Assembly: GCA_035649575.1 (NCBI GenBank) | Contig: DASRJH010000085.1 | Span: forward strand, 22,970 to 86,969 | Length of the DNA: 64,000 nucleotides | DNA from: Planctomycetota bacterium | GTDB taxonomy: Bacteria; Planctomycetota; UBA1135; UBA2386 | Direction of reading: 5' to 3' | Shown: one piece after another, positions 1-8,996 of the stretch | Layout of the letters: every line of letters begins with the position of its first letter | Numbering within the stretch: position 1 is the stretch's first letter | The notes under the pieces: generated by a model | Databases searched by the model: none | Seen by the model: only the letters and a program-made list of their open reading frames with translations | What the model was told of the DNA's origin: nothing | Translations under genes and position numbers: made by a program

Positions 1-784
1 AAGGCGCAACCAGCACCCTGGGCAGCCCGAGGTTCTGCGCGATGTGCGTGAGGTGGCGCCGATCCCCGATCCACGGTGGGACTCCGATCGCGACCCTTGC
101 GACGAGGACCTGGATGAAATCGAGCAGCTGCACGGCAACGGCCCACAGACAGCCGTAGTCGACGCGCGCGCCGCGTGCGGCGGCGATGCCCGTGGCGAAG
201 CCCAATGCGTAGGCTCCGGCGTCGCCGAGGAAGAGCCTCGGGCGCGGCCAGTTCCACGGCAGGAAACCGATCGCCGCGAAACCCGCGGCCGCGAGCCAGC
301 CTTCGCCGCCGCTCGAGACGAGCAAGCTGGCGGCAGCGACGCTTGCCGCGGCTCCGTCGGTGTTGTCGAGGAAGTTCGTCGCGTTGGTCAACGCCCACAA
401 GAACGCACCGAGCGCGACCCAGGTGAGCGGTTCGGGCGAGGGCCAACCGACGGCAATGGCGCCGCTCGCCGATGCGAACGCGAGTGCGATTGCCTTCCAG
501 CGCCAGTCGAGGCCCTGGCCCTTCTCCTTGCGCCAGTCGTCGACGAACCCCACGGCAGCCGCCAGGGTGAAGCCGCCCAGTGCCCACCAGTCCTTCGCGT
601 CGATCAACCATGGGATCACGGCGGCAGCTACGACGATGCCCGCGAGCGGGATTGGCCGAAGGTGAACCTTGCGAGCTGGTCCCGGCAGGTCGTCGGGCAG
701 CCATCCGAACAAGCGGTGATTGGTCCACGCCGCGAGCGCGAGAGCTGCGCAGGTGATGGCTGCGGCTGAACCGGCTGGGATCAT
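1..784 (-). CDS. MraY/WecA-like polyprenyl-phosphate sugar-1-phosphate transferase (glycosyltransferase family 4), 3' end outside window
   Basis: Manually translated (absent from the ORF track). The ATG at 784 overlaps the nadD stop (ATGA). Motifs RKVHLRPIPLAG, GFVDDW, NATNFLDNTDG and NWPRPRLFLGDAG; multiple hydrophobic segments. Confidence 0.8.
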   Translation of the reverse strand, partial: MIPAGSAAAITCAALALAAWTNHRLFGWLPDDLPGPARKVHLRPIPLAGIVVAAAVIPWLIDAKDWWALGGFTLAAAVGFVDDWRKEKGQGLDWRWKAIALAFASASGAIAVGWPSPEPLTWVALGAFLWALTNATNFLDNTDGAAASVAAASLLVSSGGEGWLAAAGFAAIGFLPWNWPRPRLFLGDAGAYALGFATGIAAARGARVDYGCLWAVAVQLLDFIQVLVARVAIGVPPWIGDRRHLTHIAQNLGLPRVLVAP

Positions 785-1425
785 CCGTAGAGCGCGTGGG
801 CCTCGATGTAGCTGCGCACGGCAGCAGGGATCTCGGCCAGGTTCCGTTCGCCGCGCCGCCAGCGGCGCCGCAGGTCGCTCGCAGCCACTGCGTCGGCCGG
901 TCCGGGTAGCACGTGCGAGAGCAGCCCTTCGCGCTCGGCCGGCGTGAGATCGAGTCCGCGCAGCGTGTTCGCCGAGATCGCGTGGCCTGCTCGAGGGTAG
1001 GTGACGACCGTGCAGAGGGCGAGCAGACGGTGGTGGTCGCGCCAGGTCGGCAGGAGCCTCAGGTTGTCGCTGCCGATCAGGAAGAACAGGACACGGCCCG
1101 GCGCTTCAGTGGTCAGTTCCTGCAGGGTGTCGACGGTGAACGATGGGCCGCTGCGACGCACTTCCCGGTCGTCGACCACGATGCCCGGCCGGTTCGCGAA
1201 GGCGAGCCGGCACATCGCGAGGCGGTGCGCAGCGGGAGCGAGGTCCAGGTCCTTGTGGGGGGGCGTGCCCGCCGGGACGATGCGTAGCTCAGAAATCGGC
1301 AGATGGGAGAAGGCCGCTGCGGCCAGGCGCTGGTGCGTGCAATGTGGGGGATTGAAGGAGCCCCCGAGCACGGCAATGCCCTGGCGTTCGCCTGGGGTGG
1401 GCGGACTCGGGGTCTTGCTCGACAT
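781..1425 (-). CDS. nadD: nicotinate-nucleotide adenylyltransferase
   Basis: LGGSFNPPHCTH (HxGH-like), PPHK, SFTVDTL, FLIGSDNL and YIEAHALY; start re-chosen at MSSKTP. Confidence 0.9.
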   Translation of the reverse strand: MSSKTPSPPTPGERQGIAVLGGSFNPPHCTHQRLAAAAFSHLPISELRIVPAGTPPHKDLDLAPAAHRLAMCRLAFANRPGIVVDDREVRRSGPSFTVDTLQELTTEAPGRVLFFLIGSDNLRLLPTWRDHHRLLALCTVVTYPRAGHAISANTLRGLDLTPAEREGLLSHVLPGPADAVAASDLRRRWRRGERNLAEIPAAVRSYIEAHALYG

Positions 1426-1579
1426 TGGCTGGGGGAGACTAGCCTGGGCCCTCGGGCCGCGGGAGCGGGCAAGTTGCGCGAAATCCCGGTTGAACCCCGT
1501 TTTCCGGGCTGCTAGCGTCTGCCACCCGCGTGCTTCTCCCGGCGCGCCTCTCCCGAGACCCCCCTCTCTTCGCACGAAC

Positions 1580-1954
1580 ATGCGCAAGCTCGCACTCGCC
1601 CTCGTTCTGTTGCCTCTCGCCGCCTGCTCCACATTTGGTTGGGAAAACAGCGGCCAAACGGTCACTGCCGAACAACAGAAGCGGGGCGTCAAGGATGTCG
1701 CCACGCTCGCCAACAAGTACGAGACCGAGAGCTGGTTCCGCAGCGTCCGCCGCCGCAGCGATGGCCGTAACAACGCGTTCGGCCGCGATCTGATGAACCT
1801 CTCGGACTTCATCGATCGCCACTTCTGGAACTACAACGTGAACGACCCGTACATCAACTACCCGTCGAACACGACGAAGTTGGAGCACCTCGGTCGGTTC
1901 GGTCTCGTGACGTTGAGCGGCATTCCGCCGATCGACGAGTTCACGACGCGGTAG
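1580..1954 (+). CDS. small lipoprotein of unknown function
   Basis: MRKLALALVLLPLAAC lipobox; composition looks like a real protein. Confidence 0.75.
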   Translation: MRKLALALVLLPLAACSTFGWENSGQTVTAEQQKRGVKDVATLANKYETESWFRSVRRRSDGRNNAFGRDLMNLSDFIDRHFWNYNVNDPYINYPSNTTKLEHLGRFGLVTLSGIPPIDEFTTR

Positions 1955-2068
1955 ATTGTCAGCGCCGCGACGCACGCTCGAACAGGGCGAAACAGCCGCC
2001 AGGCGCCGCTGCGGCGATGAGCGGTTGGCCCTATTGCTGCGCGGTATCGAGGCCCGAGCGGATCGTGA

Positions 2069-2719
2069 TCACGAGCCTTTCCGCCAATGGCCCAGCAAAC
2101 GCTGGCGCGCGGCCGGTTCGGGCAGTTCGTAGCGCAGCGCCTGCGCGCGCCGCATGCTGCCGAATCGCGGCGGCACCTCCGCGTCGGCCTCGAGCCACAA
2201 CACGAGGTGGCCGCCGGGACGCAGCAGAGGGTCCGCGAGCTCGGCCACCGCGGCGGGTCGGCTCACCGCGCGCGCCACGACGAGGTCGAATGCGTGTCGC
2301 AGATCGCGCCGCAGGGCCGGGGCCTGCGCCGCATCGAGGTGCATCGTCTCGACGCCGTCGAGGTGGGCGGTCAGAAGACAACTGCCCATCGCGCGCACCT
2401 TCTTGCCGGTCCGGTCGAGCAGCACGACCGACGCGCCCGGATGCAGCGCCGCGACGCAGACACCCGGAAAGCCGTTGCCCGAGCCGAGGTCGAGCACGTG
2501 GCGGGGTTGCATCGCGCAGAGCGCGAAGGCCAGCCCGTCGAGCACGTGCAGCACGACGGCCTGCTCGCGGTCGCGCACCGCGGTCAGGTTGATCTGCTCG
2601 TTGAGCGTGAGCATCGCATCGAGATACGCGAGCAGCCGCTCGGCACGGTCGGGCGCGAGCGACGCTCCGAGTGCCTTGGCGCGCGCAACGAGGCTGCTCG
2701 GGTCGGTCGCTTCGTTCAC
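2069..2719 (-). CDS. rsmG: 16S rRNA m7G527 methyltransferase RsmG/GidB
   Basis: NEQINLTAVR, HVLDG, LDLGSGNGFPG, KKVR and VVARAV motifs. Confidence 0.9.
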   Translation of the reverse strand: MNEATDPSSLVARAKALGASLAPDRAERLLAYLDAMLTLNEQINLTAVRDREQAVVLHVLDGLAFALCAMQPRHVLDLGSGNGFPGVCVAALHPGASVVLLDRTGKKVRAMGSCLLTAHLDGVETMHLDAAQAPALRRDLRHAFDLVVARAVSRPAAVAELADPLLRPGGHLVLWLEADAEVPPRFGSMRRAQALRYELPEPAARQRLLGHWRKGS

Positions 2720-2759
2720 GCGCGGATCTTCGCGTCAACGGCCGCAGAAGCAACCCAGA

Positions 2760-3698
2760 TCAAGGACCGCGAAGCTGCGAAGGCTCGAGCGCTCGCTGCA
2801 GGTCCTCGACCGAGGCGTGCCCGGGCAGCCATACGGTCTCGGGCAGGCGGCGAAGCCACGTGGTCTGCCGCCGCACGAGCTGGTGCGTGCTGCGCCGGAT
2901 GCGATTGCGCAGTTCCTCGCGGTCCTTGAAGCGACCGCGCAGGAACTCGCGGCATTCGGCATAGCCGATCGCCGCGCCCGAAGTGCGCGAGAACCCGCCG
3001 CTGCGCTCGATCGCCTCGGTCTCCTCGAGCAGGCCCCGGTCCAGCATCTCTTCCGTGCGGGCCCGGATGCGCGCGTGCAGGTCGGCGCGATCGCGCTGCA
3101 CGGCGACGACACGGCATGGCCGCAACCAGTCGCTGCGCGCGAAGTGATCCTGCTGGCTGCTGATCGTTGCGCCCGTGAGCTGGAGCACTTCGTGCGCGCG
3201 TACGAGCCGGCGCAGGTCGGCGCGGTGGATGCGAGCGGCGGCGGCGGGGTCGTGCTGTTGCAGCTCGGCGTGCAGCCGGCCCGGCTCGGCGGCTTCGCGC
3301 GCATGCAGACGCGCGCGCAGCTCGCGATCCGCGGCGGGGCCGCGCATCATGCCCTTGAAGAAGGCCATCAGGTAGAGCGGCGTGCCGCCGACGAACAGCG
3401 CGCGCCGGCGCTGGCCGTTCACGAGGTCGAGTGCCGCCGTGGCGGCTTCGCACCAACGCGCCGTGTCGAAGGTCTCACGGGGCTCGACGAGGTCGATCAG
3501 GTGGTGCTGCACGCGTTCCCGCTCGGCGGCCGACGGCTTGGCGGTGCCGATGTCCATGCCGCGGTAGACCGCCATCGAGTCCATGGACAACACGACGAGG
3601 CCGAGCCGTTCCGCCAGTGCTTGTGCCAGCGCGGACTTGCCGGAGGCCGTCGGGCCGGTCACGACCCAGAGCGGAGGGGTGTCGGGTTGCTGTGTCAC
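2760..3698 (-). CDS. miaA: tRNA dimethylallyltransferase
   Basis: GPTASGKS, DSMAVYRGMDIGTAKP, VGGTPLY, AIGY and RRQTTW; GTG start chosen at 3698. Confidence 0.93.
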   Translation of the reverse strand: MTQQPDTPPLWVVTGPTASGKSALAQALAERLGLVVLSMDSMAVYRGMDIGTAKPSAAERERVQHHLIDLVEPRETFDTARWCEAATAALDLVNGQRRRALFVGGTPLYLMAFFKGMMRGPAADRELRARLHAREAAEPGRLHAELQQHDPAAAARIHRADLRRLVRAHEVLQLTGATISSQQDHFARSDWLRPCRVVAVQRDRADLHARIRARTEEMLDRGLLEETEAIERSGGFSRTSGAAIGYAECREFLRGRFKDREELRNRIRRSTHQLVRRQTTWLRRLPETVWLPGHASVEDLQRALEPSQLRGP

Positions 3699-3779
3699 GG
3701 TCGGAAGCCACGCGAAGTTACCGCCTCTCCTTTGCACCTCGCCACCCGTCCCCTTAGCTTCCTCCGCCCCCCTCACCGC

Positions 3780-4544
3780 ATGATCGCGTTCATCTCGGAC
3801 ATCCACAGCAACGTAGAGGCGCTGACCATCTGTCTGCAGGAGGTCGATCGCCTGAAGTGCAAGCGCATCGTGTGCCTGGGCGACGTCATCGGTTACGGCC
3901 CGCAACCGCGCGAGGCGCTGCGCACCGTGATGGCTCGCGCCGAGTTCTCGCTGCTCGGCAACCACGAGCACGGGGCCATGTTCTACGCCTCCGATTTCAA
4001 CCCGCGCGCGCGCGCCGCGATCGACTGGACGCGCGACCAGCTGAGTCGTCGCGATTGCCCGCGCGAGGAGAACATGAAGTTCTGGAACTACCTCGACGGC
4101 ATGAAGAAGGAACACCGCGAGGGCCAGATGCTGTTCGTGCACGGTTCGCCGCGCGATCCGGTGCGCGAGTATCTCGTGCCGCGCGATGCCCTGGACAAAC
4201 AGAAGATGAGCGAGTGCTTCGACAAGATGGGGGATGCGAAGCTCTGCTTCGTCGGACACAGCCACGTGCCCGGGGTCTACCTGAGGTCGGGCGGGTTCCT
4301 GATGCCCGCCGAGATCGGCATGCAATGGAGCGTCACCGAGTCGGCGATGATCAACATCGGCTCGGTCGGGCAGCCACGCGATGGCGACCCGCGCCTGTCG
4401 TTCGCGACCTACGATGGCGATGGCGCGGGTGGGGTCGTGCGCTTCCACCGCCTCGCCTACGACGTCGAGGGGGCGATGGCGAAGATCCGGGCGATCCCCG
4501 AGTTGCCCGACTACCTCGCGGAGAGATTGGCGCAGGGGCGCTGA
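3780..4544 (+). CDS. metallophosphoesterase (calcineurin-like, YfcE/MJ0936 type)
   Basis: SDIHSN, LGDVIGYGP, GNHE, HGSP, GHSH and NIGSVGQPRDGDPR. Confidence 0.9.
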   Translation: MIAFISDIHSNVEALTICLQEVDRLKCKRIVCLGDVIGYGPQPREALRTVMARAEFSLLGNHEHGAMFYASDFNPRARAAIDWTRDQLSRRDCPREENMKFWNYLDGMKKEHREGQMLFVHGSPRDPVREYLVPRDALDKQKMSECFDKMGDAKLCFVGHSHVPGVYLRSGGFLMPAEIGMQWSVTESAMINIGSVGQPRDGDPRLSFATYDGDGAGGVVRFHRLAYDVEGAMAKIRAIPELPDYLAERLAQGR

Positions 4545-4601
4545 CCGCGGCGAAAGTGCAGGCGGCGCGGCTGCCGCGCGCGCACCAGTCCGAGAAACCC
4601 G

Positions 4602-6281
4602 ATGCTGAAGTTGCTACGTCTCCTGTTCCTGCTGCTGCCGGCCTCGGTAGGCATCGCGCAGTCCACTGGCGAGGTCGGGTTCGACCGGCAGTTCGGCGAA
4701 CCAGGTGCGCCGGGCAGCTTTCACGCGTACTTCTCGCGCCTCGGCGGTGGTCTCAAGGGGCTGCAGCTCACGGACCACTACAAGTCCGTCGCGGCGGCGC
4801 GCAACTCGCCGCACACGCCGGCCGATTACATGCTGCTCACGTTCGCTCCGAACGGAGACGACCATGGCTTGCGCCTGGTCGGCACGCCGGCCGAGACGCA
4901 CTTCGAGCAGGACCTCGCGACGGCCGAGTGGACCTACCAAGAGCGCGACAGCGGCGTGGTCTTCTCGATCGACTCAGGCAAGGGCCTCGTGCTCGAGAAG
5001 AACCTGACCCACGATCCGACTCAACGCGGATTCAGGCTCGAATTCGTGCTGCGCAACAGGGACGCCGAGCCCGGTGGTCAGGTCGTGTTCACGCTGCTGG
5101 GGCCTGCACTCGTCAACGCGCCCGAGGTGTCGCTGCTCGGTACGTCGTCGGTGGCGATCGCGGACACCGGCGATGGCGCGCCGAAACACGTCGGCCCCGC
5201 GCCGGGCAAGGTCCAGCCGCTCGACGTCGACCTGAAGAACCTCTCGTTCGCCGGCAACACGAATCGTTTCTTCGGCGCCTTCCTCTATCCGCTCGACGAC
5301 GCGAGCCGTGCTGCGCTCGTGGGCGTGGCGGCGGACACGGTGCCGGCGCGCGAAGATCCCGACAGCAAGACGCCGCCGAACAGCGTAGCGCGGGCCCGCT
5401 ACACGATGTCGCTGGCGATCCCCGCGCGCGATGCGGAGACGAGAGTGTCGTTCGGGCTGTATCTGGGCCCCAAGTCGTACCACGTGTTCGAGAAGCTGGC
5501 GAACCCAGAGCGGTTTGCGCCGATCCTCAACGTCGATCTCACCACGCCCTGTTGCTTCGTCGAGGTGCCGGGCGGTCGCTTCATGGCCAGGGTCCTGCTC
5601 AGGCTGCTGGGCTGGTTCCACGACGTGATCGGGAACTGGGGCTTCGCGATCATCATGCTGACGCTGCTCGTGCGCGGCCTGTTGGCGCCCGTGAACTACC
5701 ACATGCAGAAGTCGATGCGCGCGTATGGCGCGCGCATGGCGGTGTTGAAGCCGAAGCTCGACGCGCTGAAGGCCAAGTATGGCGACGACCAGAAGGCCTA
5801 CCAGCAGGCGATGGTCGCGTTCCAGCGCGAGCACAAGATGATTCCGCCAATCGGCGGCTGCCTGCCGCTCTTCGCCACGATGCCGATCTACATCGGCCTC
5901 TTCACGGCGCTGCGCACTGCGTACGACCTGCGGCATCAGTCGTTCGGCCTCTGGATCCAGGACCTGAGTCGCGCCGACGCACTGTTCCATCTGTCGTTCT
6001 GGCCGCACGAGTTCAACCTGCTGCCGCTGCTCTGGATCTCGATGTTCGTCTGGCTGCAGCTGCGCATGCCGCTGCCGACCGACCCGCAGGCGCGCCAGAT
6101 GCAGAAGATGATGCGTTACATGCCGATCCTGTTCGGCGTGATGCTCTACGGCTATGCCTCGGCGCTGCTGGTCTACATGGTCACGTCGATGGTGTGGTCG
6201 ATGCTCGAGTCCGCGATCATGAAGCGCCTGCTCGGTCCGATCGACCCGAACGTCGCGGCGATGGCGCCGACGCCGATGTAG
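4602..6281 (+). CDS. yidC: membrane protein insertase YidC
   Basis: NWGFAIIMLTLLVR, GGCLP, LWIQDLS and QMQKMMRYMP, plus a large periplasmic domain after an N-terminal signal sequence. Confidence 0.93.
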   Translation: MLKLLRLLFLLLPASVGIAQSTGEVGFDRQFGEPGAPGSFHAYFSRLGGGLKGLQLTDHYKSVAAARNSPHTPADYMLLTFAPNGDDHGLRLVGTPAETHFEQDLATAEWTYQERDSGVVFSIDSGKGLVLEKNLTHDPTQRGFRLEFVLRNRDAEPGGQVVFTLLGPALVNAPEVSLLGTSSVAIADTGDGAPKHVGPAPGKVQPLDVDLKNLSFAGNTNRFFGAFLYPLDDASRAALVGVAADTVPAREDPDSKTPPNSVARARYTMSLAIPARDAETRVSFGLYLGPKSYHVFEKLANPERFAPILNVDLTTPCCFVEVPGGRFMARVLLRLLGWFHDVIGNWGFAIIMLTLLVRGLLAPVNYHMQKSMRAYGARMAVLKPKLDALKAKYGDDQKAYQQAMVAFQREHKMIPPIGGCLPLFATMPIYIGLFTALRTAYDLRHQSFGLWIQDLSRADALFHLSFWPHEFNLLPLLWISMFVWLQLRMPLPTDPQARQMQKMMRYMPILFGVMLYGYASALLVYMVTSMVWSMLESAIMKRLLGPIDPNVAAMAPTPM

Positions 6282-6295
6282 ACCGCGCGGCTTTC

Positions 6296-7333
6296 CTAGT
6301 TCGGCAGCGCGAAGTCGAACTGCAGCGAACCGTCATGCTGCCGCCGCACCGTCGCCTGGCCGCGGTGGCCGAGCACGACCGTCTGGGCCAGGAACAGGCC
6401 GAGACCGTAACCGTGGCCGCGCAACGCGCGGGTCGGATAGTAGGGCTCGAACGTGTGGGGCAGCTGCCAGATCGCGAGGCTCGGGCCCGCGGCGACGAGC
6501 CGCAGGCGATGGCCACCGGGCAGCATTTCGAGCAACAGCTGACTCTCGGCACCGAGCCGGGCCAGGTCGTCGGCGAACTGCACCACCGCGGCGACGGCGG
6601 CCTGCAGCTGTTCGGGGTCGCCTTGCACGACGTGGGATTCTGGCGCGGGTGCTATGGTCGCGAGTGGAGGCTCCTTGTTCTCACGCGCGGCAACCGCTGC
6701 TGTGACGAGGGCCCCGAGGTCGGTCGCTTCGCGCCGGCGAGGCCCGCTGGCAGCCTGCGACAGCTGGCGCAAACGATCCACCGACGACGCGATGGTCAGC
6801 AGGCCATGTTGTGCCGCGGCGATCTGGTCGCGCCGGTCCCGGTCGCTGGCCGTTTCGAACGTCGCACGCAGGAGTTGGAGGTGGCCGGACACGAACATCA
6901 ACGGGTTGTTGATCTCGTCGGCGATGCCGCGCGCGAGATCGACGAACACAGAGGCATGCGGCCGGTCGCTGTATTGGCGCGCCTGTTCGATCGCGGCTGC
7001 CAGCTCGCCGGGGCTGCTCGGATACGTGGCGAGGCGCGCGTGCAGGCGCGCGGCGAGCGTCGTGTTCGCGAGTTCGTCTTCGGCGCGGCAGACCAGGACG
7101 ACCGCCAAGGCCGGCCAGAGATTGCGCAGCAGGCGCAGCGCCCCGATCTCCTCGGCGGCGCCGGGCTCGAACGCGATCACCAACACATCGGGTTGGAACC
7201 GGCTCAGAGCCTCGCTGTCCCCACACAGCGACGCAGCGACGCGGACTTCCGGGTGCAGCGGCAACCCGCGCAGATCGCCGGCAAGACGGTCGTCCACGGG
7301 TCCGACCACGGCGATGCGTACAGCCCGTTCCAT
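6296..7333 (-). CDS. receiver-like + histidine-kinase-like protein, probable pseudokinase
   Basis: H-box-like GIADEINNPL (Asp in place of His), TFEPYY and GYGLGL; N and G1 boxes degenerate. Confidence 0.75.
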   Translation of the reverse strand: MERAVRIAVVGPVDDRLAGDLRGLPLHPEVRVAASLCGDSEALSRFQPDVLVIAFEPGAAEEIGALRLLRNLWPALAVVLVCRAEDELANTTLAARLHARLATYPSSPGELAAAIEQARQYSDRPHASVFVDLARGIADEINNPLMFVSGHLQLLRATFETASDRDRRDQIAAAQHGLLTIASSVDRLRQLSQAASGPRRREATDLGALVTAAVAARENKEPPLATIAPAPESHVVQGDPEQLQAAVAAVVQFADDLARLGAESQLLLEMLPGGHRLRLVAAGPSLAIWQLPHTFEPYYPTRALRGHGYGLGLFLAQTVVLGHRGQATVRRQHDGSLQFDFALPN

Positions 7334-7492
7334 GATTGCGAAGGCCTAGTCTCCTCCGTAGCAGAGCCGCGTCAGTGGAGATGAGACTGGACGCTACCCG
7401 ACCGTTGATCCGGTGTCACCATACCGTGGGAGCGATCAACTCAGCCCGCAGCGTGCCTCCAGACGGGGCCACGCCCGGTCGATAACACCGCG

Positions 7493-7867
7493 GTGACGGG
7501 TGACGACGACAAGGAACCACCGGCAGACGCGGCGCCGCGCGTTGTCCACCTCCAGGCCCTGCCGGGCGAGGGGCAGCCGCCAGGGACACCTCCCGAAGTA
7601 CGCCTGCGCCGCGAGTTCAAGGGCTTGACGGCTGCCGACCTCGAGCGCGACGACGTCGTCGCGCGCTTGCCGGGTCAGATCCGTTCGGCGCTGCGGCACC
7701 TGCGGCGCGGAGACCTGGCCGCCGCCGAACGAGCATTGCCCGGTGAGTTCCCTCCGGTGCTCGCAGGGCCCGGCCATCGACCGGCCGCCGCGCGCCGGCA
7801 GGCCGCGGCCGTAGTGGTTCTCGCGTTGGTCGCCGCCGCCGCGATTGCGTACTGGCTGATCGCATGA
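7493..7867 (+). CDS. hypothetical protein with C-terminal TM helix
   Basis: ORF fills the intergenic gap and ends in a hydrophobic C-terminus (AAVVVLALVAAAAIAYWLIA). Confidence 0.55.
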   Translation: MTGDDDKEPPADAAPRVVHLQALPGEGQPPGTPPEVRLRREFKGLTAADLERDDVVARLPGQIRSALRHLRRGDLAAAERALPGEFPPVLAGPGHRPAAARRQAAAVVVLALVAAAAIAYWLIA

Positions 7868-7964
7868 CCGCGCGTGCGGCGGCGGTCCGGGCGGCATGGG
7901 CCCGGCACTGCCAGGTGGTGCGAATGGCGGAGAACGCTCGCACCGCGAGTGCTCGCAGCGCACT

Positions 7965-8996
7965 ATGCGGGCAGTCATCGTGAGCGAGGTCACTGCAAAA
8001 CCGCCGGCGCCGGATCGCGGTTCGACGCGGGGTGCGGCGGGCGAACCGCCGGGGCTCAGCGTCGTCGTTCCGATCTACAACGAACGCGAGAACGTCGTGC
8101 CGTTGCACGAGGCGCTGACGCACGCGCTGCAAGCGCTGGGCCGTTCGTACGAGATCGTGCTCGTCGACGACGGCAGCGACGACGGCACGCGCGACGTGCT
8201 CGCCGAGCTCGTGGCATCGGATCCGCACCTGCGGCTCGTCCTGTTCCGGCGCAACTACGGTCAGACCGCGGCCATGGCGGCCGGTTTCCGCGCCTGCCGC
8301 GGCCGCACGATCGTGTCCATGGACGCCGACCTGCAGAACGACCCGGCCGATATCGGCCGGCTCGTCGCCAAGCTCGAAGAGGGTTACGACGTCGTCTGCG
8401 GCTGGCGTCGCGACCGGCGCGACCGCGTGTCGACGCGCCTGCTGCCGAGCCGCGTTGCGAACTTCCTGATCTCGCGTGTCACCGGCGCTCGCATCCACGA
8501 CACGGGCTGTTCGTTGAAGGCCTACCGGGGCTGGGTTGTGCGCAGCCTGCACCTCTACTCGGACATGCACCGGTTCCTCGCGGCGCTCGGCGCCGGCCTC
8601 GGCGCGCGCATCACGGAACTGCCGGTGCGCCACCACGCGCGCCGCGCCGGCATCTCGAAATACGGTCTCGTGCGCGTGTTCCGCGTGCTCGCCGACCTCG
8701 TCGGCATCAAGATGCTGATGCAGTTCGCGGCGCATCCGATCCGCTGGTTCTTCCTGCTCGCGTCGCCGCTGTTCGTGCTGTCGATGTTCATGTTCGCGCT
8801 CGGCTTCGTCAAGCTGACGCGCGAGGGGTGGGAGCTGTTCAGGCACTGCGACCTCGCGGCTGTCGCGGCCGGCGCCGTCACGCTGCTCGTGGCGGCCAAC
8901 GTGTGCCTGCTCGGATTCCTCGCCGAGTTGCAGGTCAAGGTGTCGAAGTTCTTCCGCCAGCGCATCTCGGTGACCGTTCGCGAGGCCACCCGATGA
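7965..8996 (+). CDS. glycosyltransferase family 2, ArnC/GtrB-like polyprenol-phosphate glycosyltransferase
   Basis: VVPIYNE, VDDGSDD, RNYGQTAA, MDADLQNDP, DTGCSLKAYR and MHRFL; two C-terminal TM helices. Start could also be the GTG at 7980. Confidence 0.9.
   Translation: MRAVIVSEVTAKPPAPDRGSTRGAAGEPPGLSVVVPIYNERENVVPLHEALTHALQALGRSYEIVLVDDGSDDGTRDVLAELVASDPHLRLVLFRRNYGQTAAMAAGFRACRGRTIVSMDADLQNDPADIGRLVAKLEEGYDVVCGWRRDRRDRVSTRLLPSRVANFLISRVTGARIHDTGCSLKAYRGWVVRSLHLYSDMHRFLAALGAGLGARITELPVRHHARRAGISKYGLVRVFRVLADLVGIKMLMQFAAHPIRWFFLLASPLFVLSMFMFALGFVKLTREGWELFRHCDLAAVAAGAVTLLVAANVCLLGFLAELQVKVSKFFRQRISVTVREATR

Noticed and set aside
3857..7384. Very long alternative ORFs (e.g. 3857-7384 +, 15914-19981 -, 46716-49223 +, 17284-20103 +)
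   Set aside because: These are off-frame (often Arg/Ala-rich) or antisense shadows of well-supported genes, expected in high-GC DNA with few stop codons.
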